Shown one piece after another: positions 14,162 to 26,239 of a stretch of DNA of 64,000 bases (position 1 is its first letter; every line of letters starts with the position of its first letter). Both the position numbers and the translations under genes were made by a program. The notes beneath the pieces are model-generated. The model saw only the letters and a list, made by a program, of their open reading frames with translations, did no database searches and was not told the origin of the DNA. The DNA is from Lytechinus pictus. Its lineage: Eukaryota. The stretch covers positions 23,562,001 through 23,626,000 of the forward strand of contig NC_087250.1 in the NCBI RefSeq assembly GCF_037042905.1, written 5' to 3'.

Positions 14162-15169
14162 ATTTGGACTTGGTAGTAACAGTTAAAAGTCTTCAATCTT
14201 GGTTGTAACACTGGGACATCAATCGATCGTGTTTTGTGTCGATTTTTTGTTTGATTACTGTATAGTCCAAACATTAGGCCTGGTATTTAAGCGTTTGAGC
14301 TCACTTAAACATTAATGCAATCACTGTATTTAAACAAAATTTCAGGACTTTTCCCTTCTTAAGAGAGAGAGAGAGAAAGAGGAATAAATAGTGCACATCC
14401 ACTGTTTCTGTATAGCGATGTTACAGTTGTGCCTGAATCCCTGGCAGATTAATTAACTCGATGCCTACCAGAGGCAGAGCTGTTCCTGTAAAAAGCCTAT
14501 GCGAATTGCAGATTTGAGTATGAACGGGTTACCAATCTCGTAGTCGACTTTCTAATCTGCTGGTGAAGAGTTAGTGACGTCACTTATTTTACAAATCATC
14601 CGATCCAATCCAAGTCATTTAGATAATAGCGCTTTTCCCTGATCGGTTACAAAACACTGCACACACACTATTTCATGTTTGGGCCACTAAAACAATAATC
14701 AAACATCCAAGAATGGTCAGCTTAGTGGACGCAAAGTAGATTTGATTTAATTACTGCCTTGAACTGGTCAACAGAGTCCGTCTTCACTGCAGCTAGTACT
14801 GTAGGTGATTCCGTATAGTTAGTAACCACAGGGAAGGACGTTTAGCCTCCACGTCTCTTGGAAAGGCAGTGAGTAAATTGATGACGATGAACGAGTATTC
14901 CGGACTTTCGAACGAGGAATGAGAATGTTATCAATGTATTTCGGACTTGGGTGATTGAGAGACTTGAAGACTAGCAATATAGCTGTTTAGTTGATCAAAT
15001 AAATTCTCCAAATGCGCAGAAATCAATCACTGCCCTATGGAATAGACTAACGCAATCAAACAACTCTCCGTCACTGACAGGTGAGCATCTTTGATGTCAG
15101 TACTTCTGGTATAGATCTGAAAGTGTGAAGCCTTCTCGTTGATCACCGTTTTCAAGTACAAGAAGTCCT

Positions 15170-15230
15170 TGGAATGACGTCAGTACGAGCATAGTGCGCA
15201 TGCGCATGCGCATGACGTTAATTGGTCTGG
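15170..15230. promoter_or_regulatory. Promoter-like motif cluster (CRE, NRF1-like, CCAAT)
   Basis: TGACGTCA, TGCGCATGCGCATGCGCA and ATTGG within 60 bp, ~1 kb upstream of the GPCR ATG. Partly retained in copy B (~24154-24200). Confidence 0.45.
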
Positions 15231-15599
15231 CGCAAAATAATGTCTCCAAGAAGTTATGTAATATTTAGGTAATTATCTTTGTATGGTTGTTTGACTGGAT
15301 TATTAGATTGCAGTATTTATCTTTATTCTAAAATATGAAGAAATAAAACTGATTTGCTTGTGAAGAATGTATTATAGCTTTCACATTCACAGTCACAATA
15401 GTAATGGGAGTTGAGAACTCATAAATCATACGAGAAAAAAAGTCAAAGGTTTCAAATAAAACAAAAAGAGATGTCACTAGTAATTTCCTCATTTGCATAG
15501 GGCTAATGTGCACCAGATGGGGGAGGGCTAGGGGCCGTGGATCCCCAACCTTTTCATGAGGTACTGTAGTGCGGATTCGGGTATTCACGAGTAATTACT

Positions 15600-18500
15600 G
15601 TACAGGGTTTGCTTATCAGGTTTCACTGATCTTACAGTATGTCTAAACTACAAAATTCATCTGTATCTACGAGGCAAACCAGGCAGTCTCAATCAGCTGA
15701 AACCCCCAAAACGAATGCAATTATTAAGGAGAACGTTCATCATGATGATTTTTTGTGTGAGGTGAAGAAAGCTGTTACAGAAGCTGTGAAAGATGCTTTG
15801 AAAGACGTTAAGCGAGAGCTTGAAAAGGTTACACATCAACTTGATATGTATGAATCTCGAATCTTCTCTCTTGAGACAGAGAAAGATTTGAACTCTTCGA
15901 AATAGAGTGCGTTGGAGAAGAAATTAGCTGAACAGAGTGAGGAGATTCGAAATCTACAAACAAGTCTCAAGAAGCCGAGCAATATACAAGACGGAACTCG
16001 ATTCGGATTTTTGGCTGCCCGGAATCAGAGGGAGAAAGTACCGACGATATCATTCTTCGTATGGCTTAAGATAAATTGGGAGTGCAAATCAGCATCAACG
16101 ATGTATACAGGAGTCATCGGACGGGCCCAGTAAGGAGAGGATCAACACCATCGAATTCGACCGGATCATTGCCGAATAATTCTCAATCATTGCCGAATAA
16201 TTATCATTCTCGTCATCGCCCGATTCTTCTTAAATTCGCAAAATACCGCGCTCGCCAAGCTGTCATGAGGGCGAGGCGAAAGCTGAAAAATTCTGGTCTC
16301 TCAATAGCGGAAGATTTATCTCTTGCAAACTACAAGTAACTGAGAGCAGCAAGGGAATCAAGTAATGTCTCTTCCGCTTGGTCGCAAGATGGACGGATTT
16401 TCGTAGCGCAGCCAGCAAGTAATGGAAAAACCAATAAGAAGTTGATCAAGTCCGTCGAAGATCTTAAAAAGCTGTAAGAAACATCTTTTCCGTTGATGAA
16501 TTTATGACTTGTGAATTGTGATGGCATCGTGTGTGGTGTATCATGTTAACGAAAACAAAATCATTGCTTTTTTTTTATTTTTAACCTTTTTTTTAATTGA
16601 CTTTCAATGTTCGACATTTGTATATCTAACCTGTTTAAGTAGTTTTATTAATTTATTTATCTTGGGAACTCCATTTCTTTTAAGCTAAATTTGATAAAAT
16701 TTTAATGGGAAGGAAATATCCATGCGGATTATGTAGGAAGTCTGTAATATCAAATCAAAGAGGCCTTTTATGTACGCAATGTAATAATTGGATTCACTTA
16801 TCATGTGCTCTGGCGACACTTAAATTATACGATGATAACACAGAAATGTTCTTGAATTGGGAATGTCCACAGTGTGCAATGAAACATTTACCATTTTATG
16901 GTGAAAGTAAAATTTCTATAAGTGTATCTTATAATCCAAATAGAGAATTAGATGGGAATATTGTCCATAATTTTGGGCTGAAATACGACCAGCTTTCAAA
17001 AATCGGAATAAAATGCCTACATATGAACGTGGTCAGTCTTTTCAAACATTTTGACGAAATAAAATCAATTTTGTGCAGTAATGATATTCATTTATTAGCT
17101 CTAAATGAAACAAGATTAGACGATAGTATCAATGATGCAGAGATCTATATACCTCAATATTCTATTGTTCGAAATGATCGTGACAGAAAAGGTAGAGGGG
17201 TAGCTATCTATGTTCACAATTATAGTTCAATTTTCATCAATTGAAGCCTGCTTATCCATATAAGACAGAAACTTTATTACTACAAATTGATTTAAAAAGA
17301 GATAAACCGCTCATGTTTGCCACATGGTATCGCCCTCCTAGATCCACATGTGATACTCTTGATTACTATGAAACTATGTTAACATTTCTTGATGGATTTA
17401 ATAAATCTATTGTTCTTATGGGAGATATTAATATTGATATCTTAAAACAACCAACGACAAGTGGATGTAAACGATACAACCAACTAAATGCTGTTTATGG
17501 TCTGAAACAAATAAATACTTCCGAATACACAAGAATATGCAAAGATTCTTCAACACTTGTTGATCATATTATAACGAACTGTCGAGAAAATGTACATTCT
17601 TATGGTGTAATTTAGAACGGTTTTAGTGACCACTCCATGAGTTTCTTAATTTTGAACGCTCATCAATCAAATAACTCTTCTAAGTCTAAGTTCGTCACAT
17701 TTCGTAAGTCAAAGGTATAGATCTAAACGCTTTTAAAACAGAAATCAAGGACATTGACTGGTCTATTGTAAAAGAAATGGACAGCGTGGACGACGCTGTC
17801 GATAGATGGCAGGAAATTCTGTTGGGTGTAGTTAGTAAATACATGCCAATCAAAACTAAGCGAGTGAGAAAAAATCACACCCCGTGGTTGAACGAACATA
17901 TTTTTGAATTGATGAAGAAACGAGAACAGAATGAAACAAAAGGCAAAGATTAATAACAGTGATCTATACTGGAAAAACTATAAACAGTTGAAAAATAAAG
18001 TTACATATGAAAACAGAAAACTTAAAAGAAAATATTTTTGCGATAAACTGACTGAAACTAAAGAACTAAAGACAGAAACCAAACTTGGCCAACTCTTAAA
18101 TCTCTCCTGCCCAACAAAACTTCCCCGTCATCTATTTCGAGTTTGACCCATGATACTTTTGAAACTGCAAATCAGTTTAATAGTCATTTTGCCAGTGTTG
18201 CCAATGTTTTACATGCAGGTAATGATGCTGATATCTCACAAATGTGTAATATTGCAAATAATGATATGGGAAACCTGTTGCCTAGTCGTTTTGAAATCAA
18301 TTTTAAACTATCAACAGTTTCTGAAACAGACGTATTGAAAGAAATATATAGTCTTAAGAATAAGAAATCAATCGGGCTGGATGGAATCAATTCTTATGTA
18401 TTGAAAACTTGTGCAACGGAACTTTATCAAATAATTGCATATCTAATTAATAAATCAATAACGGATGATATTGTTCCCTCCCAATGGAGAATTGCTAAAA

Positions 18501-19420
18501 TTATACCACTGCACAAGAAAGGCGATAAATGTGAACCGGATAATTACAGGCCCATATCATTATTGCCTTGTGTCTCGAAACTTTTAGAGAAGGTTGTTCA
18601 AAAACAATTACTCCGTTACTTGAATGACAATGATTTACTAGTAAACGAACAATCGGGCTTCAGGGCGAAGCACTCCACAACTACTGCTCTAATCAAGGTG
18701 ACTGATGAATGGCTTAAAGCGCTGGGTCAAGGGAAATATACTGGATGTGTCTTTGTAGATTTACATAAGGCATTTGATACTGTCGACCACCATGTCCTTA
18801 TTAAAAAAACTCTCTCATATTGGCGTTCAAGGAACAACATTGAAATGGTTCCAGTACTATCTCATAAATAGACGTATTGTAACTTCAATTTGGCAGACAT
18901 TATCTGATGTATTAACCCTTGATTATGGAGTGCCTCAGGGGTCAATTATAGGCCCGCTGTTGTTCTTGATTTTCATTAACGATTTACCATTGTTTTTTTA
19001 CAAAGTGCAAGTTGCATTTCTATGCTGATGATACGGTTCTGTATATTCCCATAATGATGTTGATGAGATTCAATCAGTATTAAATGAAGAGTTAGGTAAC
19101 CTCCAATCTTGGATGAATATAAATAGACTCATGATAAACTCCAGTAAAACAGTATGTATGTAAATTGGAACAAAGAGTATGCTTTCTAAACGTCATACTC
19201 TCAATATCAAGTTAAATTCAACTAGTCTAAATCAAGTGACAAGTTTCAAATATCTTGGATTAAATTTGGACCCTGAACTTATATGGAATATTCATATATA
19301 GCAACTGAACAAAAAGATTGGGAAAATTATTTGCTTTCTAAGGAGACTGAGATATTTTATCAATGAGTCAAATCTAAATTTGATTTATTCTTCTGTGATT
19401 TTACCCCATTTAGATTATTC
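15600..19420 (+). mobile_element. Decayed CR1/L2-group LINE: ORF1 plus ORF2 (PHD finger, APE endonuclease, RT), 3'-truncated
   Basis: ORF1 fragments at 15639-16477 (coiled coil, then SIAEDLS...AWSQDGRIF). ORF2 starts at 16705 with CGLC...CTQC..WIHLSC...WECPQC, then LALNETRLD, MGDINID, NYRPISLL, QSGFR, DLHKAFDTV, GVPQGS and FYADDT (~19018). Several frameshifts and stops. Confidence 0.92.
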
Positions 19421-21205
19421 CTATTCACGATTACTCATTCCTTTTCTTTTATAGCAATTTCTGAAACTTGGATAAATGAAAATACTTTAATCGATTTTCA
19501 CACAGATGACTTTAATTTTCTTAATGTCAACCGATTATCCGGAAGAGGTGGGGGCGTTGCACTTTTTTGTGAAAAAATATACAGTACACAATAAGGAATT
19601 ACATAGCTATTAACCAAGAAATCAACTCAGTCTGTGAATATTTATTTATTGATTTTCTAGATAAAAAACTAAAAATGTCTACTATTGGTGTCATATATAG
19701 AAAACCGGGATCAAATTATGATTTATTTTTTAATTTTACGATAGCATTATTAACAAATTATGCACTGAACATAGAAAAAATTATATAACTGGTGATTTTA
19801 ATATTGACTTATTCAAAGATGATGATACTGTTAACGAATTCCTTCGGCTTAATTCTGTACTAGGTATATTCCCAATTATAAAAACTCCAACTCGTATTAC
19901 ATTAAACACATCTACACTTATTGGCAATATATTCACCAATGTTTTGGATTCATATTTTGACTCTGGTAGTCTATGTTCAGACATAAGTGATCATCTACCA
20001 ATTTTTCGGATCTCTCCAAATGTTCTAGTGCTAATTCCCACCAACCTAATACAACTCGCTTTACTCGTAAATACTTAGATGATAAAAGAAGAAATTTTCA
20101 GTATGACCTTTACCAGGAAAAATGGAATAGTCTTTATAATTTTACAAATGTTAATGATGCATACTCGTTTTTTATAACTCGTTTTGTCCAATTGTTTGAT
20201 AATAACTTTCCTTTGCTGAAATCTAAACCTACCAAAAGGATGTTCAATAAACCATGGATATCAAAGTATTTTTTATTCAGATGCATTAAAAAGAAAAATC
20301 GTTACTGTAAACATTTCTCCAAAATAATGTAAACTCCTCCAGACGGATAAGCACATCTTTAATTAATTCTCCCAATGACACTTCTTAAAAAGATTTTCTC
20401 ATTGATCATATTGACAATTTTTTTTTCTTAAATCCTATAACGGAAAATGAGGTCATTCAAATATGTAATTCATTAAGTAGTAGCAATTTCACTGGATTTG
20501 ATAATCTTAGTACTAATTTATTGAAAAAAGTTATTTTCTATATTGTACAGCCATTGGTATTCATATTTAATCTCTCTCTCTCTACAGGATCGGTCCCTGA
20601 TAAATTGAAAATAGCTAAGATAAATACAGTATTTAAAAAAGATGACCCTCATAAATTTGATAATTATAGGCCTATATCTATTCTACAGTCTATTTCTAAG
20701 TTGCTTGAAAAAAATGTATGTACAATAGACTGTATTCATTCTGTTTAAACAATAAAATTCTCACAGATTCACAATACGGGTTTAGAAAAAAATCAGTATA
20801 CTGCACACGCTTTGATAGAATTACAAGAAAAAATTTTGACATCTATTCATACTAATAAATTGTGCATAGGAATTTGCATGGACCTTTCTAAAGCTTTTGA
20901 TGTTGTCGATCACAAAATACTTCTTTCCTAATTAGAACACTATGGGGATAGGGGCCTATCACTTTCTTGGTTCAAAAGTTATCTTTCTGATAGATCCTAA
21001 TATGTTGTTTTTAATAATAGTTCATCAGACTTTTCCAGTATCACCCATGGTGTACCGCAAGGTTCTATTCTCGGCCCGCTATTGTTTCTAATTTACATCA
21101 ACGATCTCATACATTCCTAAAATAAATTTGAATACGTTATGTATGCCGATGATACCACTTTCATATACAACCAACCTTATAATCTTAATTTACAAAATGA
21201 ATGAT
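19421..21205 (+). mobile_element. Second, different CR1/L2-group LINE ORF2 fragment (APE to RT), decayed
   Basis: Restarts at the APE motif (IAISETW), then [45 protein letters not shown] and YADDT (~21141). Resembles the family at 46-49 kb. Confidence 0.88.
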
Positions 21206-21830
21206 ATCCTAGTAAAACTAATTATATTACTTTTGAGTACATATAGCTTGGCTACCAGGGTTTGGGAAAAGCTAACTTGATAACTATGAGCCGAGGGTAT
21301 CCCTCTCCGACCAAGCTACATGTACCCAAGAGCGGTCTGTAGTAATAATAATTAATATAACATTAAAAAGAGGATTATTATTCAATATCATAACAAATTG
21401 AGAAGATTGATAGTATGCAATAAGACCAGTCATTATAGGTATAAACGTACACTAAAATTGTTCGATGTTTTTAAGACGGGCGTTTGACGAGGTAGTTTTC
21501 GCATTTACTGCGGGGAAACTCTCTTCAACGCATCGATTCCTTTAAAAACTCAATTAAAATCACAATGGAGAACTGAGAGGCTTTTGTCAAAAGTTGGTGG
21601 ACTGGGAAAGCAGATCATCCGAAGATTTGCCCCGGACGAACAAAGGCAAAGATGTCGTTGTCCAGAGTCAAGAGAGACCGATGCTCAGTCCCGGTCCACT
21701 AACTTTCGATAAAATCTCTCATCTCTCTATCGATCGTGATTTGACTTTCATTTTCAAAGGAATTGGTACGTTCTAGCATGGACCTTCTATTGGTTGTAGA
21801 AAGTGTCTTTGTAGTAAACGCGAAAAGTCT

Positions 21831-22931
21831 TCAGCGACAGAGCAGCGTGTTTTTCAGTACTTGCCTAAAAGGTTGAATGGTAAAATAGTAGACGACGATG
21901 TTCATCCCGCCATTGAAAGTAACAAGCATTGAACAAAAAGCATAGACTAAATTGTTAATGTTGTTGCCGGTCAAAGCAACGTAGACGCTCATGAAGGATA
22001 AAGGCAGATAGGAGCAAAAGAAACAGCACATGATGATGAACGGAGTGCGAAGGATCCTCAGGTTCTTTAGTAAGGGTGATGCCTCGGCCTGACTTCGCGG
22101 CTCCCCCGACCTCTCGGCTGCGTTCACGATGGTAGGTGGTGGCTCCTGCGAAGAGCAACAGGCCGATTCCTCGATGCCATCGCCGACGCCATTTTGTACT
22201 CCTTCTTTACTCGTCGTGGCAGACATAACAGCAATAACAGCTGGTCGGTGCATCTGATTTAGACGTGGTTGGATTCGATTGAGATGATTAACAGAGATCT
22301 TGATGATGTGGACGTATTGAATTACCAGGCAGACGGCAATTACCCACAAGTGTACAAAAATGCAAAATGTATATGGTAAAAATGAAGGATCTCGTAAATC
22401 GATAACGCATACTTTGAAAGATTCGATCCTAATGATGTGAAGGGATTCATCGTTTATGAATACGAAGAGTAACGTAAGTGCGAGGTGGACTATTGCGAAA
22501 ACGACGTATGCTGATAGCGTAAGATTGCGAGTAGCTATGCGGCGATAGAGCATTGGCCGCGCGATAAAGAGATAGCGCTCTGTGTTCAAAAGAGCGACAT
22601 TCCATATACTCGCACCTGTCAGCGAAGAAACAACAAATCCAAACGCTCGACATAACGGCTCTCGCCCGGTAGTCCACCCCGTTGACTCGCCGATCAATTC
22701 AGTAACGAGGTTGCTAACAGACATAAACGCAAACACCGCATCCGTAACAGCCTGGCCCATTAAACACACCTTAGTCGAATCGAACATGGCGTCGGAGGGA
22801 ATCTTTGGCACAATTTTTAGGATCAGACTATTCCCAATCAGAGCTAAAATGTTGAAAGCAACAAATGAAGCGATGGCAAGTTCATATGCAGGACTTTGTA
22901 AGGCAGGGTCGGTAGTTGGCCCAGTCGCCAT
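21831..22931 (-). CDS. Intronless rhodopsin-family GPCR, paralog of 13073-14161
   Basis: 366-aa intact ORF with the same 7TM motifs (GN, ERY, CFFCSYLP, NIVVY). Most of its length is nearly identical to the first copy. Confidence 0.93.
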   Translation of the reverse strand: MATGPTTDPALQSPAYELAIASFVAFNILALIGNSLILKIVPKIPSDAMFDSTKVCLMGQAVTDAVFAFMSVSNLVTELIGESTGWTTGREPLCRAFGFVVSSLTGASIWNVALLNTERYLFIARPMLYRRIATRNLTLSAYVVFAIVHLALTLLFVFINDESLHIIRIESFKVCVIDLRDPSFLPYTFCIFVHLWVIAVCLVIQYVHIIKISVNHLNRIQPRLNQMHRPAVIAVMSATTSKEGVQNGVGDGIEESACCSSQEPPPTIVNAAERSGEPRSQAEASPLLKNLRILRTPFIIMCCFFCSYLPLSFMSVYVALTGNNINNLVYAFCSMLVTFNGGMNIVVYYFTIQPFRQVLKNTLLCR

Positions 22932-23652
22932 ATTTGGACTTGGTAGTAACAGTTGAAAGTCTTCGATCTTGGTTGTAACACTGGGACATCAATCGATCGC
23001 GTTTTGTGTCGATTTTTTGTTTGATTACTGTATAGTCCAAACATTAGGCCTGGTATTTAAGCGTATGAGCTCACGTAAACATTAATGCAATCAATGTATT
23101 TAAAGAAAAATTTCAGGACTTTTCCTTTCTTAAGAGAGAGAGAGAGAAAGAGGAATAAATAGTGCACATCCACTGTTTCTGTATAACGATGTTACAGTTG
23201 TGCCTGAATCCCTGACAGATTAACTCGATGCCTACCAGAGGTAGAGCTGTACCTGTAAAAAGCCTATAAATTGCAGATTGAGTATGAACGGGTTAACAAT
23301 CTCGTACTCGACTTTCTAATCTGCTGGTGAAGAATTAGTGACGTCACTCGTTTCATTAATCATCAAATGTTTAAAAACAAAAAAATGCAATCCACGTCTT
23401 GATATAGCGCTTTTTCCTGATCGGTTACAAAGCACTGTACACTATTCCATGTTTGGGCCACTAAAACAATGAACACCCAAGAACGGTCAGCTTAGTCGAT
23501 GCAAAGTAGATTTGATTTAATGACTTTTTTAAACAGAGTCCGTCTTCACTGCAGAAAGTAGGTGCAGTAACCACAGGGAAGGACGTCTCGCCTCCACGTC
23601 TCTTGGAAAGGCTGCGCAGTGCGTGGATGGGTAACGATGAACGAATATTCTG

Positions 23653-23941
23653 AGGCCCGTAACACAAAACTTAGCAATGGTCCTAGAACATTTTTCTAAG
23701 ATTGATTCCCTTGACTACAATGTACAATCAGTCGTGAAAATCAAGCGTACAATTAATCGCTAACCTTTGTGTTATGGAGCCCAGGGCCCCGTAACGCAAA
23801 GGATTGCGTTGAATTGCAAATAGGAAAGAACCGCACTGATTGGTCCCTGGTCAGTATTTTTAACCTAACGCGCGTGTAACATTGATATTGATTGGTCAGT
23901 TCATTTAGCGATTGAACGCTAATCTTTTCGATACGGAGCCC
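23653..23941. mobile_element. Two adjacent Harbinger-like MITEs (GGCCCGTAAC...GGAGCCC)
   Basis: Short palindromic elements separated and flanked by CTG/CAG triplets. Absent at the equivalent position in duplication copy A (~14900). Relatives at 52283-52437 and 54715-54852. Confidence 0.75.
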
Positions 23942-24872
23942 AGACATTAGAACGACGAATGAGATTGATATCAATGTATTTCCTGACTTTGGTGATTGAG
24001 AGACTGAAGACTAGCACAAACGTCGCTGTTTAGTTGATCAAAAAGGTTATCCACATGCACGGAAATCAATCAATACCCTTTTAAATAGATTTAAACTCAA
24101 TCGAACAACTCTCCTTCACTGATCTCCGCTTTCAAATACAGGAAGTCCTCGGAGTTACGTCAATACGGGCAAAGTGCGCATGCACTTGACGTTTATTGGT
24201 CTGGCGCAAAATAACGTCTCCAAGAAGTTATGTATTATAATACAAGGTTATTTTTTGTATGTTTGTGGGATTACATTATTGGATTGTTGTATTTATCTGC
24301 ATTCTTAAATACGAAGAATTATGATTGATTTTGTTCGTGAAGAATGAACAATCATAATAGTAATGGGAACTGAGAACTCCACATGTAGCCCTTAAAATTG
24401 GAGTCAAGTTGTGTTCAAAATCATACCGGAAAAAAAATCAAATTATAAAAAAAATAGAAATAGAATATAGGCACTGGTTATTTCCTCATTATTATTTGGA
24501 TCAGATGGTTTGGGACTTTGGCTATGGATCCCCCAAATTTCCACGACTAAGAAGAAAAAAAAAGAAAAGGAAATAAACTTCAAGGAAAGGGTGAAATGTG
24601 ATACTTTTTTTCAGAATATGTCATAATCTATATTTAAAAAAAATGTTTTTATATCAAATAGTTGACAATTTTGCTCGCTCTAGCTCTCTTTGCCTGCTCG
24701 CACTTTTTCTCCCATTTTTTTTATTGTGTATCATACCTCTTGTCTGGCTCTCAATTTTTTGGGGCTTATTACGCTACTGATGTGCTTTGTGAATAAACAT
24801 TTTCAACTTTTTTTTTATTCACATCCAATTGTAAGGAAATTTTCACCATTTAACTGTTTTCTTTTTCAATAC

Positions 24873-25065
24873 GGGTCGTGTGGTCCAGTGGTTGGAGCAC
24901 TGGACTCATAATCGCAAGGTTGTGAGTTCGAATCCCTACTGTGGCATTGTCTCCACTTTGATAAAAACCCCGAGAGTAATATCTGTCGTCTATACCGTCA
25001 GCCATTTCGACTGATTAACCTAGACGTAAAATGTTTCTTGGATAATTGGCTATATACCACTGTTT
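24873..25065 (+). mobile_element. tRNA-derived SINE (head with CAT anticodon-like loop), 3'-truncated
   Basis: A-box TGGTCCAGTGG, CTCATAA loop and B-box GAGTTCGAATCC, followed by a body shared with 33883-34138. Confidence 0.8.
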
Positions 25066-25658
25066 TCCCCGTCCTACTTTGTGTTATGAACAAAACAGAT
25101 ATTCTTGAAGTAAAAAAATAATCTCGGTCGATATTAGTATCAAACCATCGATAAAATAAATAAATGATAGAGCTCGTTGTAAGCTGTTGGGCATACCCGA
25201 CCTTAGTACTAGATGACATAAAGAATACTGGGACCTTACCTACACGCACATAAAAGAAAAATGTTGAATTTTGAGCCCGATTGACTTTTTTCATTTTTTT
25301 TTGGAAGTACTCTGAAGTGTTTCTGATGGCTTCAAAGAGCGTGCGTTATTGCACTATTAATTTCCTTTTATAATTATCTACGGTCTCAACGCAATTACGA
25401 GCGAAGACTGGCTCTCCGGTTTTCATTATTGGATGATCTACTTGTATGTGCATTGTGTGAGGGTAATTCCAACCACGATGGCGCTCACCTAAATAAACTG
25501 CTGATTGGATGAAATGTCCTTCCAAAATACATCTTAAGATCACAGGTGAATAGAGAGAAAAGGGAGATTATTTAACATCTCATTCCCTATGTCGTTACGA
25601 TTGGCCTTTGCTAGCTGATTGGGAAAATTTTTCAGCCGTACTATTTTTTTTTCTACAA

Positions 25659-25958
25659 TAATAATAATGATAATAATAATATAGGTATATTTACCCAGGG
25701 AAGCCACTTCAGTTCTGAAACTGTTCTCCCAGCGGGCCCTGCTATTATTATTACCCCGGCTTTAGCTGAGCTGCCATGGTGCTCATAGCATTCAAGGAAT
25801 TTCTTCCTACCGGGTACCCATTCACCTCACCTGGGTCGAGTGCAGCACAGTGTGCATGGATATATTCTTGCTGAAGGAAGTTACGCCATGGCTGGGGTTC
25901 GAACCCTTGACCCTCTGTTTGAAAGTCTGGATACTAATCCACTGGGCCACAACGCTCC
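25659..25958 (-). mobile_element. tRNA-derived SINE with (TTA)n tail
   Basis: Reverse complement of the family at 29130: GGAGCGTTGTGGCCCAGTGG head, GGTTCGAACCC B box, CACTCGACCCAGGTGAGGTGAATGGGTACC body. Confidence 0.85.
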
Positions 25959-25998
25959 ACAACAATCTCAACGATTGCCATGGCTGACCTCACGATCA

Positions 25999-26239
25999 GG
26001 GCCCCGTCTTACAAAGAGTTACGATCGATCCGATCAATCGTAACTCTATGGAAATCCATCAGTGTCATAATTTTTTTCTACGAAAAACTTGCACAATGTC
26101 CTCTGTATGCAAAGAGAGGTGCGGTGAATTTTAAAGAAAACAATGAATGCATGAATATACATTAAGCTCGAAAATATTTTGAACAAACATGCATGATAGA
26201 TGTTGACGTTGCTGGCCGTCTTTGAAAGACGGGGCCCTG
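25999..26239. mobile_element. Harbinger-like MITE
   Basis: TIR GGGCCCCGTCTT...AAGACGGGGCCC with CAG/CTG flanks. Relatives at ~28140-28400 and ~55555-55719. Confidence 0.75.

Larger units (their letters stand above)
12490..15560 (-). repeat. Segmental duplication copy A (GPCR plus flanks)
   Basis: Colinear with 21234-24545, from TGAGTACATGTAGCTTGGC at one end to TTTCCTCATT...GGATCCCC at the other. Confidence 0.9.
21234..24545 (-). repeat. Segmental duplication copy B (GPCR plus flanks)
   Basis: Colinear with 12490-15560. Carries an extra MITE pair at 23653-23941. Confidence 0.9.

Noticed and set aside
24873..24945. tRNA-Met gene (CAT anticodon), also at 33883
   Set aside because: Acceptor and T stems pair poorly, and both copies continue into a shared ~150-bp body, so these are SINE heads.
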